A stretch of DNA of 64,000 nt from Minisyncoccota bacterium (GCA_023135835.1 JAGLSI010000001.1:2400-66399), one strand, 5' to 3'. Numbered from the stretch's first letter, positions 44,214-53,932 are shown. Numbers and translations: made by a program. Notes: generated by a model not told the origin, from the letters alone.

Positions 44214-44507
44214 TTGGTTATGGCGAAGAAAATTGTTTTTTACGGGAAAGAAGATTTTTCTATCATACTTATTCTCTTGAATGATACTGTTATGGAGAAG
44301 GTACTCGCCGATATTGTTAAAGGGGATAGAGAAAATGGTAAAACAATGCCAATTATTGTTTTAAAGGATACTGATATAAAAGGTTTGTCTCAGCGTCTCT
44401 TTAGAGAATTTGAAGAAGATATTTCGGTTCCTATTGGTGAAGGCTTGTTTCAATTTAAAGATGCTGAAGACTTAACAAAGTATATTCAGCAGCAAGAGAA
44501 TATATGA
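44214..44507 (+). CDS. hypothetical protein
   Basis: 97-aa ORF, SD aaaggtaaaaggag, terminator 44518-44551. Confidence 0.4.
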   Translation: MVMAKKIVFYGKEDFSIILILLNDTVMEKVLADIVKGDRENGKTMPIIVLKDTDIKGLSQRLFREFEEDISVPIGEGLFQFKDAEDLTKYIQQQENI

Positions 44508-44633
44508 AGGGATATTGATGGCTGGGTTCTTAGGACCCAGCCATTTTTTAATTTTGTTGCTGGTATAAAAAATAGATGTTATTATTAATTGTAATATATA
44601 AAAGTGAGTGTATAAATCTCATTTTAAATTACT

Positions 44634-45251
44634 ATGGAAACATTAAGTAAATTATTTGGTAACGCTGCTAAAATAAAAATAATGAGACTGTTTTTGTCTA
44701 ATGATGATGTTATTTTTGATAATGCTGAAATATCAAAAAGGACAAAAGTATCTTTGGTAAATCTTCGTAAAGAACTGAAAATTTTTGAAAGTATTTCTTT
44801 GATTAAAAAAAGAATTTTTTATAAAGAAGTTATTAAAAAAGTAAAAGGAAAAGAAGTTGTTGAAAAGAAAAAAACAAGCGGTTGGATTTTAGACCCAAGT
44901 TTTTCTTTGCTAGCTCCTCTAAAAAATTTATTAATTAAAGGAAGTCCTGTTGCTCAAAAAGATATAATTAACCGTTTGAAGGGAGGAGGAGTTCTTAAAT
45001 TAATAATTACTTCAGGTGTATTTATTCAAGAACCAGATAGTAGAGTAGATATTTTAATAGTAGGAGATAATTTAAATAGTTCTTATTTAGAACGAGCAAT
45101 TCGTATATTAGAGTCTGAGCTAGGTCAAGAATTAAAGTATTTTATATTAGAAACTGATGATTTTAATTATCGTTTGGGAGTTTATGATAAACTTTTAAGG
45201 GATATTTTAGACTATTCTCATAAGAAAATCGTAAATAAGTTGGATTTTTAG
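44634..45251 (+). CDS. hypothetical protein with N-terminal wHTH
   Basis: AKIKIMRLFLSNDDVIFDNAEISKRTKVSLVNLRKELKIFESISLIKK. Confidence 0.45.
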   Translation: METLSKLFGNAAKIKIMRLFLSNDDVIFDNAEISKRTKVSLVNLRKELKIFESISLIKKRIFYKEVIKKVKGKEVVEKKKTSGWILDPSFSLLAPLKNLLIKGSPVAQKDIINRLKGGGVLKLIITSGVFIQEPDSRVDILIVGDNLNSSYLERAIRILESELGQELKYFILETDDFNYRLGVYDKLLRDILDYSHKKIVNKLDF

Positions 45252-45266
45252 TATCTAAATTAGGTT

Positions 45267-45275
45267 TTATCCACA
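45267..45275 (+). promoter_or_regulatory. perfect DnaA box TTATCCACA upstream of 45457 gene
   Basis: exact consensus 9-mer; TATAGACATATAAT -10-like 20 bp downstream. Confidence 0.4.
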
Positions 45276-45456
45276 GTTTTTGTATATTTTTATAGACATA
45301 TAATGATATTATATAAATATGGTATTTATTAATACTAAAATAAAGGTCGTTAAGTCATAAAACCAATGATTTTTTGGTGGTTGATTATTGACCATTCAAT
45401 TAAGTTTTGGGGATATGATGATAATTCATTATTAGTTTTAATTTTTTAGAAAAAAT

Positions 45457-46140
45457 ATGATATTACAAACATGGAGTGAAGTATTGTCACAATCTTTTCA
45501 AAGTCTTTGGATTGGAGTAATGGGCTTTGTTCCAAACTTAATAATCGCAATAATAATTTTTATTATTGGGTGGGTTGTTGGAGTTTTATTTGGGAGAGTA
45601 GTTTCTCAGATAATTCATTCATTAGGTATAGACAAACTTTTGAGAAGTGCTAGTGTTGAAAAAACATTAAATAAAGCAGGTTTCAATTTAAACGCCGGTA
45701 ATTTTTTCGGTGCTTTAGTGAAATGGTTTATTATTGTAGTTTTTGCCGTAGCTGCCTTTGATGTATTAGGGCTTGACCAAGTAAATTTATTTTTACAACA
45801 AGTAGTTCTACTATATCTACCTAGAGTAATTGCAGCAGCAGCTATTCTTTTGATTGCTGTTATTATTGCAGATGCTACTGAGAATCTTGTAATAGGTTCC
45901 GCAAAAGCAGTTGGTGCTAGAAAATCTCAATTTGGATTTTTAGGTACATCTGTTAAGTGGGCAATTTGGGTATTCGCTGGATTGATGGCTCTTTATCAAT
46001 TAGGAGTTGCATCAGCTTTTATTCAAACTTTGTTTACAGGATTAATCGTTGCTATTTCTCTATCATTGGGATTAGCTTTCGGATTAGGAGGAAAGACTGC
46101 CGCGTCAGATGTGATTGAAGACTTAAGAAAGAAAATGTAA
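45457..46140 (+). CDS. membrane protein with repeated 'conserved TM helix' (MscS-associated type) segments
   Basis: two similar TM hairpins; terminator 46160-46198. Confidence 0.55.
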   Translation: MILQTWSEVLSQSFQSLWIGVMGFVPNLIIAIIIFIIGWVVGVLFGRVVSQIIHSLGIDKLLRSASVEKTLNKAGFNLNAGNFFGALVKWFIIVVFAVAAFDVLGLDQVNLFLQQVVLLYLPRVIAAAAILLIAVIIADATENLVIGSAKAVGARKSQFGFLGTSVKWAIWVFAGLMALYQLGVASAFIQTLFTGLIVAISLSLGLAFGLGGKTAASDVIEDLRKKM

Positions 46141-46247
46141 CCATAAGTAAAACCTAAAAATAACCTCCACTTAATTTAAGTGGAGGTTATTTTTTTTGAA
46201 TTTTTGTTTTTTAAACAAAAATTTGGAAAAAAGTAATTTAATTTTTA

Positions 46248-46275
46248 TTGACATAGAATAAAATTCTGTTAATAT
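46248..46275 (+). promoter_or_regulatory. promoter TTGACA-16-TAATAT for rpsS cluster
   Basis: perfect -35. Confidence 0.45.
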
Positions 46276-46313
46276 ATAACAAGCTCCGAGTGATTAAGAG
46301 CTATTTTAAATTT

Positions 46314-46643
46314 ATGACAAGATCACTAAAAAAAGGTCCTTATGTGGACGAAAGACTTTTAAAAAAAATAGAAGGTAAAAAGCCAGAAGATTTAGGTGTG
46401 ATAAAAACTTGGTCAAGATCTAGTCAGATTTCACCTGAAATGGTAGGTTTTACTTTTGGAGTTCACAATGGAAAAAATCATATTGAAGTGTTGATAACGG
46501 AAGATATTGTCGGACATCGTTTAGGAGAATTTTCTCCTACAAAAAAATTCGTGAAGCATGGAGGAAAGATGCAGAAAGAATTAGAGCAAAAGAAGAAAGA
46601 AGCTGAAGTTACAGCGGCTAAAGCTGCTAAAGCTAGTGTTTAA
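46314..46643 (+). CDS. rpsS: 30S ribosomal protein S19 (ORF track start 46290)
   Basis: [20 protein letters not shown]...[17 protein letters not shown]. Confidence 0.9.
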   Translation: MTRSLKKGPYVDERLLKKIEGKKPEDLGVIKTWSRSSQISPEMVGFTFGVHNGKNHIEVLITEDIVGHRLGEFSPTKKFVKHGGKMQKELEQKKKEAEVTAAKAAKASV

Positions 46644-46654
46644 ATAATTTAATC

Positions 46655-47059
46655 ATGACTGAAATTAAAGCAAAATTAAAAAATTATAGACAATCACCAA
46701 GAAAAGTTCGTTTGGTAGCCGATTTAATTAGAGGTAAAGAAGTAGAAAAAGTTATCTCAGAACTTAATTTTTTAAATAAAAAAGTTTCTTTAGTTATAAG
46801 GAAATTGATTGAATCTGCTATAGCTAATGCTAAGCACAATAATAAAATAAACAAGGATAATTTATTTATAAAGGAAATTACTGTTAACGAAGGTCCTGCT
46901 ATGAAAAGGTTTAGAGCAGGGGCAAAAGGAAGAGCTTTCCCTTATAAAAAGAGAACAAGCCATATTGATGTTACTTTGGAAGATAAAAAAGAAGAAAAGG
47001 TAGTAAAAGAAGTGGCTGAAAAAGCAGTTAAAAAAGAGAATTTAAAAGTTAAAAAATAA
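46655..47059 (+). CDS. rplV: 50S ribosomal protein L22
   Basis: position after S19; QSPRKVRLVADLIRGKEVEKVISEL. Confidence 0.9.
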   Translation: MTEIKAKLKNYRQSPRKVRLVADLIRGKEVEKVISELNFLNKKVSLVIRKLIESAIANAKHNNKINKDNLFIKEITVNEGPAMKRFRAGAKGRAFPYKKRTSHIDVTLEDKKEEKVVKEVAEKAVKKENLKVKK

Positions 47060-47072
47060 ATAAAATTATATC

Positions 47073-47735
47073 ATGACTCATGTAGTCCACCCATATGCAC
47101 AAAGAATAGGAATTTTAAGAGATTGGAAATCTCGTTGGTTTGGTACTCATGAAAAATATGCAGAGCAATTAAAGACAGATGTTTTGATAAGAGAATTTTT
47201 AGAAAAGAAATTACGAAGTTTTTATGTTTCTTCAGTAGAGATGGAGAGAGACGAAAAGATATTTAAAATAATCATTAAAACATCAAGAGCAGGAATGATT
47301 ATTGGAAGAAATGGAGACGGAGCTAAGAATTTAAAAAATGAAGTTTTAGCTTTTATGACAAAACACAAATTACCTAAAGCGAAAGAGTTAAAGATTGATA
47401 TTGAAGAAATTAGATATCCAGAAACTGATGCTGCAATAGTAGGTATGATGGTTGCTGAAGCTTTAGAAAAAAGAATGCCTTTTAGAAGAATACTAAAAAC
47501 AACAATTGAAAAAGTAGCAGCTAATAGAGAAGTTCAGGGTGTAAGAATTTCTTTATCAGGTCGTTTAGGGGGAGCTGAAATGGCTAGAAAAGAAGAATTA
47601 AAAAAGGGGAGGATTCCTCTACAAACTTTAAGAGCTGACATTGATTTTGCAAGAGAAAAGGCCTTTATGTCTTATGGAATTGTTGGGATAAAAGTTTGGA
47701 TTTACAAAGGTGACGTATTTAATAAGAAAAAATAA
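47073..47735 (+). CDS. rpsC: 30S ribosomal protein S3
   Basis: HPYAQRIGILRDWKSRWFG, KH domain, GRIPLQTLRADIDF. Confidence 0.9.
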   Translation: MTHVVHPYAQRIGILRDWKSRWFGTHEKYAEQLKTDVLIREFLEKKLRSFYVSSVEMERDEKIFKIIIKTSRAGMIIGRNGDGAKNLKNEVLAFMTKHKLPKAKELKIDIEEIRYPETDAAIVGMMVAEALEKRMPFRRILKTTIEKVAANREVQGVRISLSGRLGGAEMARKEELKKGRIPLQTLRADIDFAREKAFMSYGIVGIKVWIYKGDVFNKKK

Positions 47736-47763
47736 TTACTAATTTTATATTTTAAATTTAATC

Positions 47764-48195
47764 ATGTTATTTCCTAAGAAAGCAAAACATCGAAAATGGC
47801 AAACAGCTAGAAAAAACCCTAATAAAGTTGGGGTAGCTTCACGTGGAAATACTATTGCTTTTGGGTCTCATGGATTAAAAGCTATGGAAGGAACAAGAGT
47901 TAGATCTAATCAAATTGAGGCAGCTCGTCGTGCTGCTAAAAGATATATTGGAAAGACAGGTAGGGTTTGGATAAGAATTTTTCCTGATAGACCTTTTACT
48001 TCAAAACCATCAGAAGTTAAGATGGGTAAGGGGAAAGGAGCCCCAGAAGGTTATTGTATCCCAGTTAAGCCAGGAACAATTTTGTTTGAAGTTGATGGTG
48101 TATCAGATGAAAAAGCAATTGAAGCTTTAAGAAAAGCAGGAACAAAAATGCCTTTAAAAACAAAAATACTTGATAGAGCAAAAATTAGTATTTAG
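47764..48195 (+). CDS. rplP: 50S ribosomal protein L16
   Basis: MLFPKKAKHRKWQTARKNP... Confidence 0.9.
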   Translation: MLFPKKAKHRKWQTARKNPNKVGVASRGNTIAFGSHGLKAMEGTRVRSNQIEAARRAAKRYIGKTGRVWIRIFPDRPFTSKPSEVKMGKGKGAPEGYCIPVKPGTILFEVDGVSDEKAIEALRKAGTKMPLKTKILDRAKISI

Positions 48196-48253
48196 TATTG
48201 ATTTAAGAGCTTGTTTAATGTAATATGTCCTTTACGAAACTTGAAATAATACA

Positions 48254-48451
48254 ATGGAAAAAACAGATTTAAAAAAGAAAATAGATAAAGATTTAAATAA
48301 AATTTTATCAGAAAAAAGAACTGAATTGCGAGAATTTAGATTTTCTTTATCTGGGTCTAAAATAAAAAATATTAAAAAAGGAAGATCTTTAAGAAAAGAG
48401 ATTGCTAGAATTTTGACTGAATTAACTTTAAGAAAAGGAAATTCTAAATAA
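48254..48451 (+). CDS. rpmC: 50S ribosomal protein L29
   Basis: 65 aa helical, operon position between rplP and rpsQ. Confidence 0.8.
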   Translation: MEKTDLKKKIDKDLNKILSEKRTELREFRFSLSGSKIKNIKKGRSLRKEIARILTELTLRKGNSK

Positions 48452-48459
48452 ACATATTT

Positions 48460-48720
48460 ATGGAAAACGATAAATTAGAAAAAAAAATAACAAGTGGAAA
48501 AATATTAAAAGGAGAGGTTGTTTCTAATAAAATGGAAAAAACTCTAGTAATTTTAGTTAAGAGATTTGTAAAGCATCCTAAATATGATAAATATAGAACT
48601 CTTACAAAAAGATATAAAGCGCATTATGATGAAGGTGAATATAATGTAGGGGATAATGTAGTAATCCAAGAATGTAATCCAATCTCAAAAGATAAGAGAT
48701 TTAAGATAGTTAAAAGTTAG
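48460..48720 (+). CDS. rpsQ: 30S ribosomal protein S17
   Basis: GEVVSNKMEKTLVILVKRFVKHPKYDKY. Confidence 0.85.
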   Translation: MENDKLEKKITSGKILKGEVVSNKMEKTLVILVKRFVKHPKYDKYRTLTKRYKAHYDEGEYNVGDNVVIQECNPISKDKRFKIVKS

Positions 48721-48724
48721 AATT

Positions 48725-49096
48725 ATGATACAACCACAATCAATAGTAAAAATAACAGATAACTCAGGCGGAAAAATTGGAAGAGTTTTTAAAGTACTTG
48801 GGGGTTCTAAAAAAAGATATGCTCGAATAGGAGATACTGTTGTTTTGTCAGTACAGGTCGCAGAGCCTAGAAAAGCTGTGAAGAAAAAAGACGTATTAAG
48901 AGCTGTTGTGGTTAGAGCTAAACAAAAAATAAAGAGAAAAGATGGTTCTTATATTGCTTTTGATGACAATGCTGTTGTAATTATTGATAAAGAGAAGAAA
49001 GAACCGATAGCAGGAAGAATTTTTGGACCTATTCCTAGAGAAATAGCTGATTTAGGTTATCAAAAGATTATTTCTTTAGCTCCTGAAGTAATTTAA
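48725..49096 (+). CDS. rplN: 50S ribosomal protein L14
   Basis: MIQPQSIVKITDNSGGK... Confidence 0.95.
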   Translation: MIQPQSIVKITDNSGGKIGRVFKVLGGSKKRYARIGDTVVLSVQVAEPRKAVKKKDVLRAVVVRAKQKIKRKDGSYIAFDDNAVVIIDKEKKEPIAGRIFGPIPREIADLGYQKIISLAPEVI

Positions 49097-49111
49097 AAAA
49101 GAAGATTTACT

Positions 49112-49420
49112 ATGAAAATTAAAAAAAATGACAATGTAATAATAATTGCTGGGAAAGATAAGGGTAAAACAGGTAATGTTTTACGAGCTTATCCTTCTTT
49201 AAACAAGGTTTTGGTTGAAGGTATAAATAAGAAGAAAAAGAATCAAAGAGCAACTAAGTCTGGGCAAAAAGGGCAAATTATTGAAAAAGAATTTCCAGTT
49301 GATGTTTCCAATGTAGCTTTCATAGACCCTAAAACAAAAAAAGCGACAAGAATTGGTAAGAAAGAAATAAAAGGGAAGATGGAAAGAGTAACAAAGAAAA
49401 GTGGGTCGGTTATAAGCTAG
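49112..49420 (+). CDS. rplX: 50S ribosomal protein L24
   Basis: KOW MKIKKNDNVIIIAGKDKGKTGNV. Confidence 0.85.
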   Translation: MKIKKNDNVIIIAGKDKGKTGNVLRAYPSLNKVLVEGINKKKKNQRATKSGQKGQIIEKEFPVDVSNVAFIDPKTKKATRIGKKEIKGKMERVTKKSGSVIS

Positions 49421-49525
49421 TCAAAAGTTAAAAGTTCATAAAGTCTATAAAGTAAAGATTTACGAAGTAAATTTTAAAAAAAAGACTTTCGGCTTTCGAC
49501 TTTATAGACTTTAGACTAAATTAAT
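49421..49525 (+). repeat. inverted-repeat leader element copy E
   Basis: GTCAAAAGTTAAAAGTTCATAAAGTCTATAAAGT...aagatttacgaagtaaatttt...GACTTTCGGCTTTCGACTTTATAGACTTTAGACTAA. Confidence 0.7.
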
Positions 49526-50080
49526 ATGAATAGTATAAAAGAAAAACAAAATACAGCTTTTGATACATTAAAATCAGAGTTTGAATATAAAAATAAGATG
49601 CAATCTCCTAAATTAGAAAAGGTTGTTTTGAATGTGGGAGTAGGTTCAATAAGGTCTGATAAGAAAAAAACTGAATTAGTTGAGGATAGATTAACTAAAA
49701 TTGCAGGACAAAAACCAGCTTATAAAAATGCTAAAAAATCAATCGCTGCCTTTAAATTAAGAGAAGGTGAAAAGGTTGGATACCAGGTTATTTTAAGAGG
49801 AAAAAGAATGTTTGGTTTTTTGGATAAATTAGTAAGTGTTGCTTTGCCTAGAACAAAAGATTTTCGTGGTTTAAACTTGAAGTCAATTGATGAGATGGGA
49901 AATGCGACATTAGGGATTAAAGAACATGTTATATTCCCTGAAACTTCAGACGAAGAAATGAGAGATATCTTTGGAATGTCTATTACTATAGTAACTACTG
50001 CTAAAAATAAAAAAGAAGCAGAGGCTTTTTTGAGACATATAGGATTTCCTTTTAAAAAAGCAGAAGAAAAGAAAAAATAA
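49526..50080 (+). CDS. rplE: 50S ribosomal protein L5
   Basis: KLEKVVLNVGVGS...PAYKNAKKSIAAFKLREGEKVG. Confidence 0.9.
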   Translation: MNSIKEKQNTAFDTLKSEFEYKNKMQSPKLEKVVLNVGVGSIRSDKKKTELVEDRLTKIAGQKPAYKNAKKSIAAFKLREGEKVGYQVILRGKRMFGFLDKLVSVALPRTKDFRGLNLKSIDEMGNATLGIKEHVIFPETSDEEMRDIFGMSITIVTTAKNKKEAEAFLRHIGFPFKKAEEKKK

Positions 50081-50095
50081 GTTTTAAACAATAAA

Positions 50096-50131
50096 AAGGC
50101 GTTGGGCTTTAGTCCAACGCCTTTTTATTGT
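50096..50131 (+). terminator. terminator aaaaggcgttgggctttagtccaacgccttttt
   Basis: 10-bp stem plus T5 right after rplE, inside the normally continuous spc operon. Confidence 0.6.
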
Positions 50132-50137
50132 TTAAAT

Positions 50138-50165
50138 TTCAATGGCTATGCCCATAGCCATTGAA
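50138..50165. repeat. 28-bp palindromic repeat TTCAATGGCTATGCCCATAGCCATTGAA (left boundary of R-M cassette)
   Basis: identical copy at 52144-52171. Confidence 0.8.
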
Positions 50166-50225
50166 ATTAAGCTTAAAATATAGTTTTGTGAATAATTATT
50201 TTTGAGGTAAAATATAAGTAGTTAT

Positions 50226-51218
50226 ATGCAAAAAGAAAATATTAAAACTAAAATAATAGTTCAAAACTTGTTTTCTTTAGGGTCTGATAAGAAGAAAGAT
50301 AAAACAGGCTTTACTTTTATTGACTTATTTGCGGGGATAGGAGGGACTCGTATAGGGTTTGAAAAAGCTGGAGGTGAATGTGTTTTTACGTCTGAATGGG
50401 ATAAATATTGTCAAGAAACATACAAAGCTAATTTTGGAGAAGTTCCATATGGAGATATAACAAAAATTAAAGAATATGAAATACCTAATTTTGATGTTTT
50501 AGTAGCAGGATTTCCTTGCCAACCATTTAGTTCTATAGGTAAAAGAGAGGGTTTTATGCACACTACTCAAGGAACTTTATTTTACGATGTTTTAAGAATC
50601 ATAAATCATAAAAAGAACAAAGCATTTTTATTGGAAAATGTTCCAGGGTTACTAACTCATGATAATGGAAATACTTTTAAGATTATATTAGATTCTTTGA
50701 AAGAAGCAGGTTATAAGGTTTTTAGTAAAGTATTGGATGCTTCTAATTTCGGAGTTCCTCAAAAAAGAAAGAGAATTTATATAGTTGGTTTTAGAAAAGA
50801 TTTGTTTGAAGGTGAAGATTTTGTATTTCCTGAGGGAAATAATAAACAATCTTTTATAAACGAACACTTAGAAGATAATGCTTTAGGTTATTCTATTTCT
50901 AAACATTTACAAAAAAGTTATTTGTTTAAAAAAGATGATGGTAGACCAATAATAGTAGATAAAAATTCTAAAATTCAAACAAAAACATTAGTTTCTACTT
51001 ATCATAAAATTCAAAGGTTAACAGGAACTTTTGTTAAAGATGGAGAAACAGGAATTAGATTACTAACTGAAAATGAATGTAAAGCGATCATGGGTTTCCC
51101 AAAGGACTTTATTATTCCTGTGTCAAGAACTCAGATGTATAGACAAATGGGTAATTCAGTTGTTGTTCCAGTTATCGAAGCTGTAGCAAGAGAAATAGAA
51201 AACAAATTAAAATTATAA
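50226..51218 (+). CDS. DNA (cytosine-5)-methyltransferase (type II R-M modification subunit)
   Basis: motif I FIDLFAGIGGTRIGF, motif IV FPCQPFS, motif VI ENVPGL, motif VIII QKRKRIYIVG, motif X NSVVVPV. Confidence 0.9.
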   Translation: MQKENIKTKIIVQNLFSLGSDKKKDKTGFTFIDLFAGIGGTRIGFEKAGGECVFTSEWDKYCQETYKANFGEVPYGDITKIKEYEIPNFDVLVAGFPCQPFSSIGKREGFMHTTQGTLFYDVLRIINHKKNKAFLLENVPGLLTHDNGNTFKIILDSLKEAGYKVFSKVLDASNFGVPQKRKRIYIVGFRKDLFEGEDFVFPEGNNKQSFINEHLEDNALGYSISKHLQKSYLFKKDDGRPIIVDKNSKIQTKTLVSTYHKIQRLTGTFVKDGETGIRLLTENECKAIMGFPKDFIIPVSRTQMYRQMGNSVVVPVIEAVAREIENKLKL

Positions 51219-51231
51219 AATAGTTATTTTT

Positions 51232-51828
51232 ATGAAAAAACATAAAATCAAAAAAATAAGTCAAAATAGTTTATTGGTTGAATATTTTCAGAATAATCCC
51301 AAGCGAGCTATTTCCCATCCTGAGGTGGTGGATTGGGTTATAAAAGAATTTAAGAAAAGAACAGGTAAAATTTTCAGAGATCCTGATAGAGGAATAAGAA
51401 AATTATATCAAAAAGGTTATTTAGTAAAAATTAAAAAAGGTGTTTATAAATATGATCCGTCGTTAATAAAGAAAAAAGAATTACAAGATTTTACATCAGC
51501 TATCAAGAAAAAGATTTTTGAACGAGATAGTTTTAAATGTGTTATGTGTGGTAAAGGAGAAAAAGATGGAGTTGAGATACATGCTGATCATATAAAACCA
51601 AAGGACTTAGGGGGAAAAGCTACTTTAGAAAATGGACAAACTCTCTGCAGCGCTCATAACTTTTTGAAGAAAAATTTAAAACAAACTGAAACTGGTAAGA
51701 AAATGTTTATACGTTTGTATGAATTATCTAAAAAAACTAAAGATAAAAAGCTTATTAAATTTTGCACAGAAATATTAGAGGTTTTTGAAACAAATAATAT
51801 TAACGGACACATTGAATGGAATAAATAA
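51232..51828 (+). CDS. HNH-family type II restriction endonuclease (N-terminal winged-helix, C-terminal HNH)
   Basis: CVMCG...HADHIKPKDLGG...ENGQTLCSAHN HNH motif; 13 bp after MTase stop. Confidence 0.7.
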   Translation: MKKHKIKKISQNSLLVEYFQNNPKRAISHPEVVDWVIKEFKKRTGKIFRDPDRGIRKLYQKGYLVKIKKGVYKYDPSLIKKKELQDFTSAIKKKIFERDSFKCVMCGKGEKDGVEIHADHIKPKDLGGKATLENGQTLCSAHNFLKKNLKQTETGKKMFIRLYELSKKTKDKKLIKFCTEILEVFETNNINGHIEWNK

Positions 51829-51832
51829 TAAA

Positions 51833-52111
51833 ATGACAATAATTTATATAATAATAGGAATAGCGATAGGGTATTTCGTGACAGTGGCTTTTGTTGGTGC
51901 TGGAAATAAAAAGGTTGAGAAAGAGCTTGACCAAGATGAAAAGATTTTGAATTTAATTGCTGAAAAGGAGAGGGTTACGAATGGGGATATACAAAAATTA
52001 CTTAGTATTGCAGATAGTACAGCCACTAAATATCTTCAAGAGCTTGAAGATAAAGGAGAAATTAAACAACAAGGCAAAGCAGGACGCTTTGTCTATTATG
52101 AAAAAATTTAA
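51833..52111 (+). CDS. small membrane-anchored winged-HTH protein (paralog of 39958-40254); ORF-track start 51785 overlaps HNH gene
   Basis: TM MTIIYIIIGIAIGYFVTVAFVGAG then DIQKLLSIADSTATKYLQELEDKGEIKQQGKAGRFVYY. Confidence 0.55.
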   Translation: MTIIYIIIGIAIGYFVTVAFVGAGNKKVEKELDQDEKILNLIAEKERVTNGDIQKLLSIADSTATKYLQELEDKGEIKQQGKAGRFVYYEKI

Positions 52112-52143
52112 TAAATTCAGAAAACCGTTGATTTTCAATCTAT

Positions 52144-52171
52144 TTCAATGGCTATGCCCATAGCCATTGAA
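52144..52171. repeat. 28-bp palindromic repeat TTCAATGGCTATGCCCATAGCCATTGAA (right boundary of R-M cassette)
   Basis: identical to 50138-50165. Confidence 0.8.
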
Positions 52172-52312
52172 TTTTATAATTGTTTGCGTTTGAAAAAGCT
52201 AAGAAGCTAAAAACCTAATATCCTAATAAGCTAAAAATGTTGACATCAAAGGGTGTTTTTGATAGGATAAGCAAGTATTCATTAATTATAATGACTATCT
52301 TTTAAAAAGATT

Positions 52313-52498
52313 ATGGCAAAAAAATCAGTAATAGCTAGAGCAAATAAAACTCCAAAATTTTCTACAAAAGCAGTAAATAGATGTTTTAAGTGTGGGAGAA
52401 AAAGAGGTTATATGAGACAATTTGATTTATGTCGTATTTGTTTTAGAGAATTAGCAAATGAAGGTAAGATTCCTGGAATCAGAAAATCATCTTGGTAG
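52313..52498 (+). CDS. rpsZ: 30S ribosomal protein S14 type Z (zinc-binding)
   Basis: 61 aa, [23 protein letters not shown]. Confidence 0.9.
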   Translation: MAKKSVIARANKTPKFSTKAVNRCFKCGRKRGYMRQFDLCRICFRELANEGKIPGIRKSSW

Positions 52499-52611
52499 AG
52501 TAAACGAGTCAAAAGTCAAAAGCCCATAAAGTCTATAAAGTGAAAAATCGCAAAGCGATTTTTCCAAAAAAACTTTTGACTTTCGACTTTACAGACTTTA
52601 GACTAAATATT
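52499..52611 (+). repeat. inverted-repeat leader element copy F
   Basis: GTCAAAAGTCAAAAGCCCATAAAGTCTATAAAGT...gaaaaatcgcaaagcgattttt...GACTTTCGACTTTACAGACTTTAGACTAA. Confidence 0.7.
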
Positions 52612-53007
52612 ATGAATAGAGATATAATTTCAGAATTAATAATAGGTATTAAAAATGCCGGAAAAGCACAAAAAGAAACTGTACAGTTTCCTTATTCTAA
52701 TTTCAAAGCTAAGGTTGCTGAGGTATTAAAGAAGGAAGGTTTTATTGAATTTTCATCTAAAATTGGAAAAGCCCCTAAAAGAGTTTTAGAGGTTGGTATT
52801 TCTTATAAATCTAAAAATATTCCAAAAATAAAAGATGTTGAGAGAGTTTCTAAGCTTTCAAAAAGAATTTATTTAGGGAGTGATGATATCAAGAAAGTTA
52901 AAAATGGTTTTGGTAAGTTATTAATCTCAACTTCAAAAGGGGTAATGACTGGAGAGGAGGCTAAAAAAGAAGGACTGGGAGGAGAGCCTTTGTTTAAAAT
53001 TTGGTAA
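52612..53007 (+). CDS. rpsH: 30S ribosomal protein S8 (ORF-track start 52540 translates the repeat)
   Basis: MNRDIISELIIGIKNAGKAQKETV... typical S8. Confidence 0.9.
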   Translation: MNRDIISELIIGIKNAGKAQKETVQFPYSNFKAKVAEVLKKEGFIEFSSKIGKAPKRVLEVGISYKSKNIPKIKDVERVSKLSKRIYLGSDDIKKVKNGFGKLLISTSKGVMTGEEAKKEGLGGEPLFKIW

Positions 53008-53549
53008 ATAAAATTATGTCAAGATTAGGAAAACAAAAATATGAAATTCCAGCAAACACCGAAATTACATTGGTAGATAATTTTGTGGTAGTGAAAGGGC
53101 CTTTAGGGGAGTTAAAGAGAGAATTGCGACCTGAAATAGAAGTTAAGATTGAGGATAATAAGGTTTCAGTAAACCCAACTAATAATTCTCCGTTTGCAAA
53201 GGCTTTGTGGGGAACATTTGCTTCTCATATTACAAATATGATTCAAGGAGTAAGCACTCCTTATGAAAAAAAATTAATTCTTGAAGGAGTTGGTTTTAAA
53301 TCAGAAGTTAAAGGAGATAAATTAGTTTTAGCCTTAGGATTTTCTCATTTAGTTGAAATAGAAATACCTGAAGGGTTAAAAGTTGTGGCTGAAAAGAATA
53401 ATATTACAATATCAGGAATAGACAAAGAATTAGTTGGTCAATTTGCTTCTAAAACACGAAAGAAAAAGAAAGCAGAACCATATAAAGGGAAAGGTTTTAG
53501 ATATTACGATGAGGTGGTTAGAAGAAAACAAGGTAAAAAGAACGTGTAA
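53001..53549 (+). CDS. rplF: 50S ribosomal protein L6
   Basis: two alpha/beta repeats, SRLGKQKYEIPANTEITL. Confidence 0.9.
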   Translation: MVNKIMSRLGKQKYEIPANTEITLVDNFVVVKGPLGELKRELRPEIEVKIEDNKVSVNPTNNSPFAKALWGTFASHITNMIQGVSTPYEKKLILEGVGFKSEVKGDKLVLALGFSHLVEIEIPEGLKVVAEKNNITISGIDKELVGQFASKTRKKKKAEPYKGKGFRYYDEVVRRKQGKKNV

Positions 53550-53572
53550 ATAAATAAAAGTAAAAAGAAATT

Positions 53573-53923
53573 ATGGACAAAAATAAAATTAAAACAGAAT
53601 CAAGGAAAAGAAGACATAAAAGAGTTAGGTCAAAGGTTATTGGTACTTCTTCAAGACCTAGATTATGTGTGTTTAAGTCAAATAAATATATTTACGCTCA
53701 AATTATTGATGATAATAAGAATAAAACTTTAGCTGCTTCTTCAAGTTTGAAAATGAAAGCTAATTCTTTATTAGAGAATGCGGCAAAAGTAGGTAAAGAA
53801 ATAGCTGTTAAAGCTACAGATTTAAAAATTAAAGAAGTTGTTTTTGATAAAGGAGGTTATATTTACACAGGAAAAATTAAGGCTTTAGCTGATGCTGCTA
53901 GAGAAGGAGGTTTAAAATTTTAA
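53573..53923 (+). CDS. rplR: 50S ribosomal protein L18
   Basis: [36 protein letters not shown]. Confidence 0.9.
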   Translation: MDKNKIKTESRKRRHKRVRSKVIGTSSRPRLCVFKSNKYIYAQIIDDNKNKTLAASSSLKMKANSLLENAAKVGKEIAVKATDLKIKEVVFDKGGYIYTGKIKALADAAREGGLKF

Positions 53924-53932
53924 ATAAATAAA

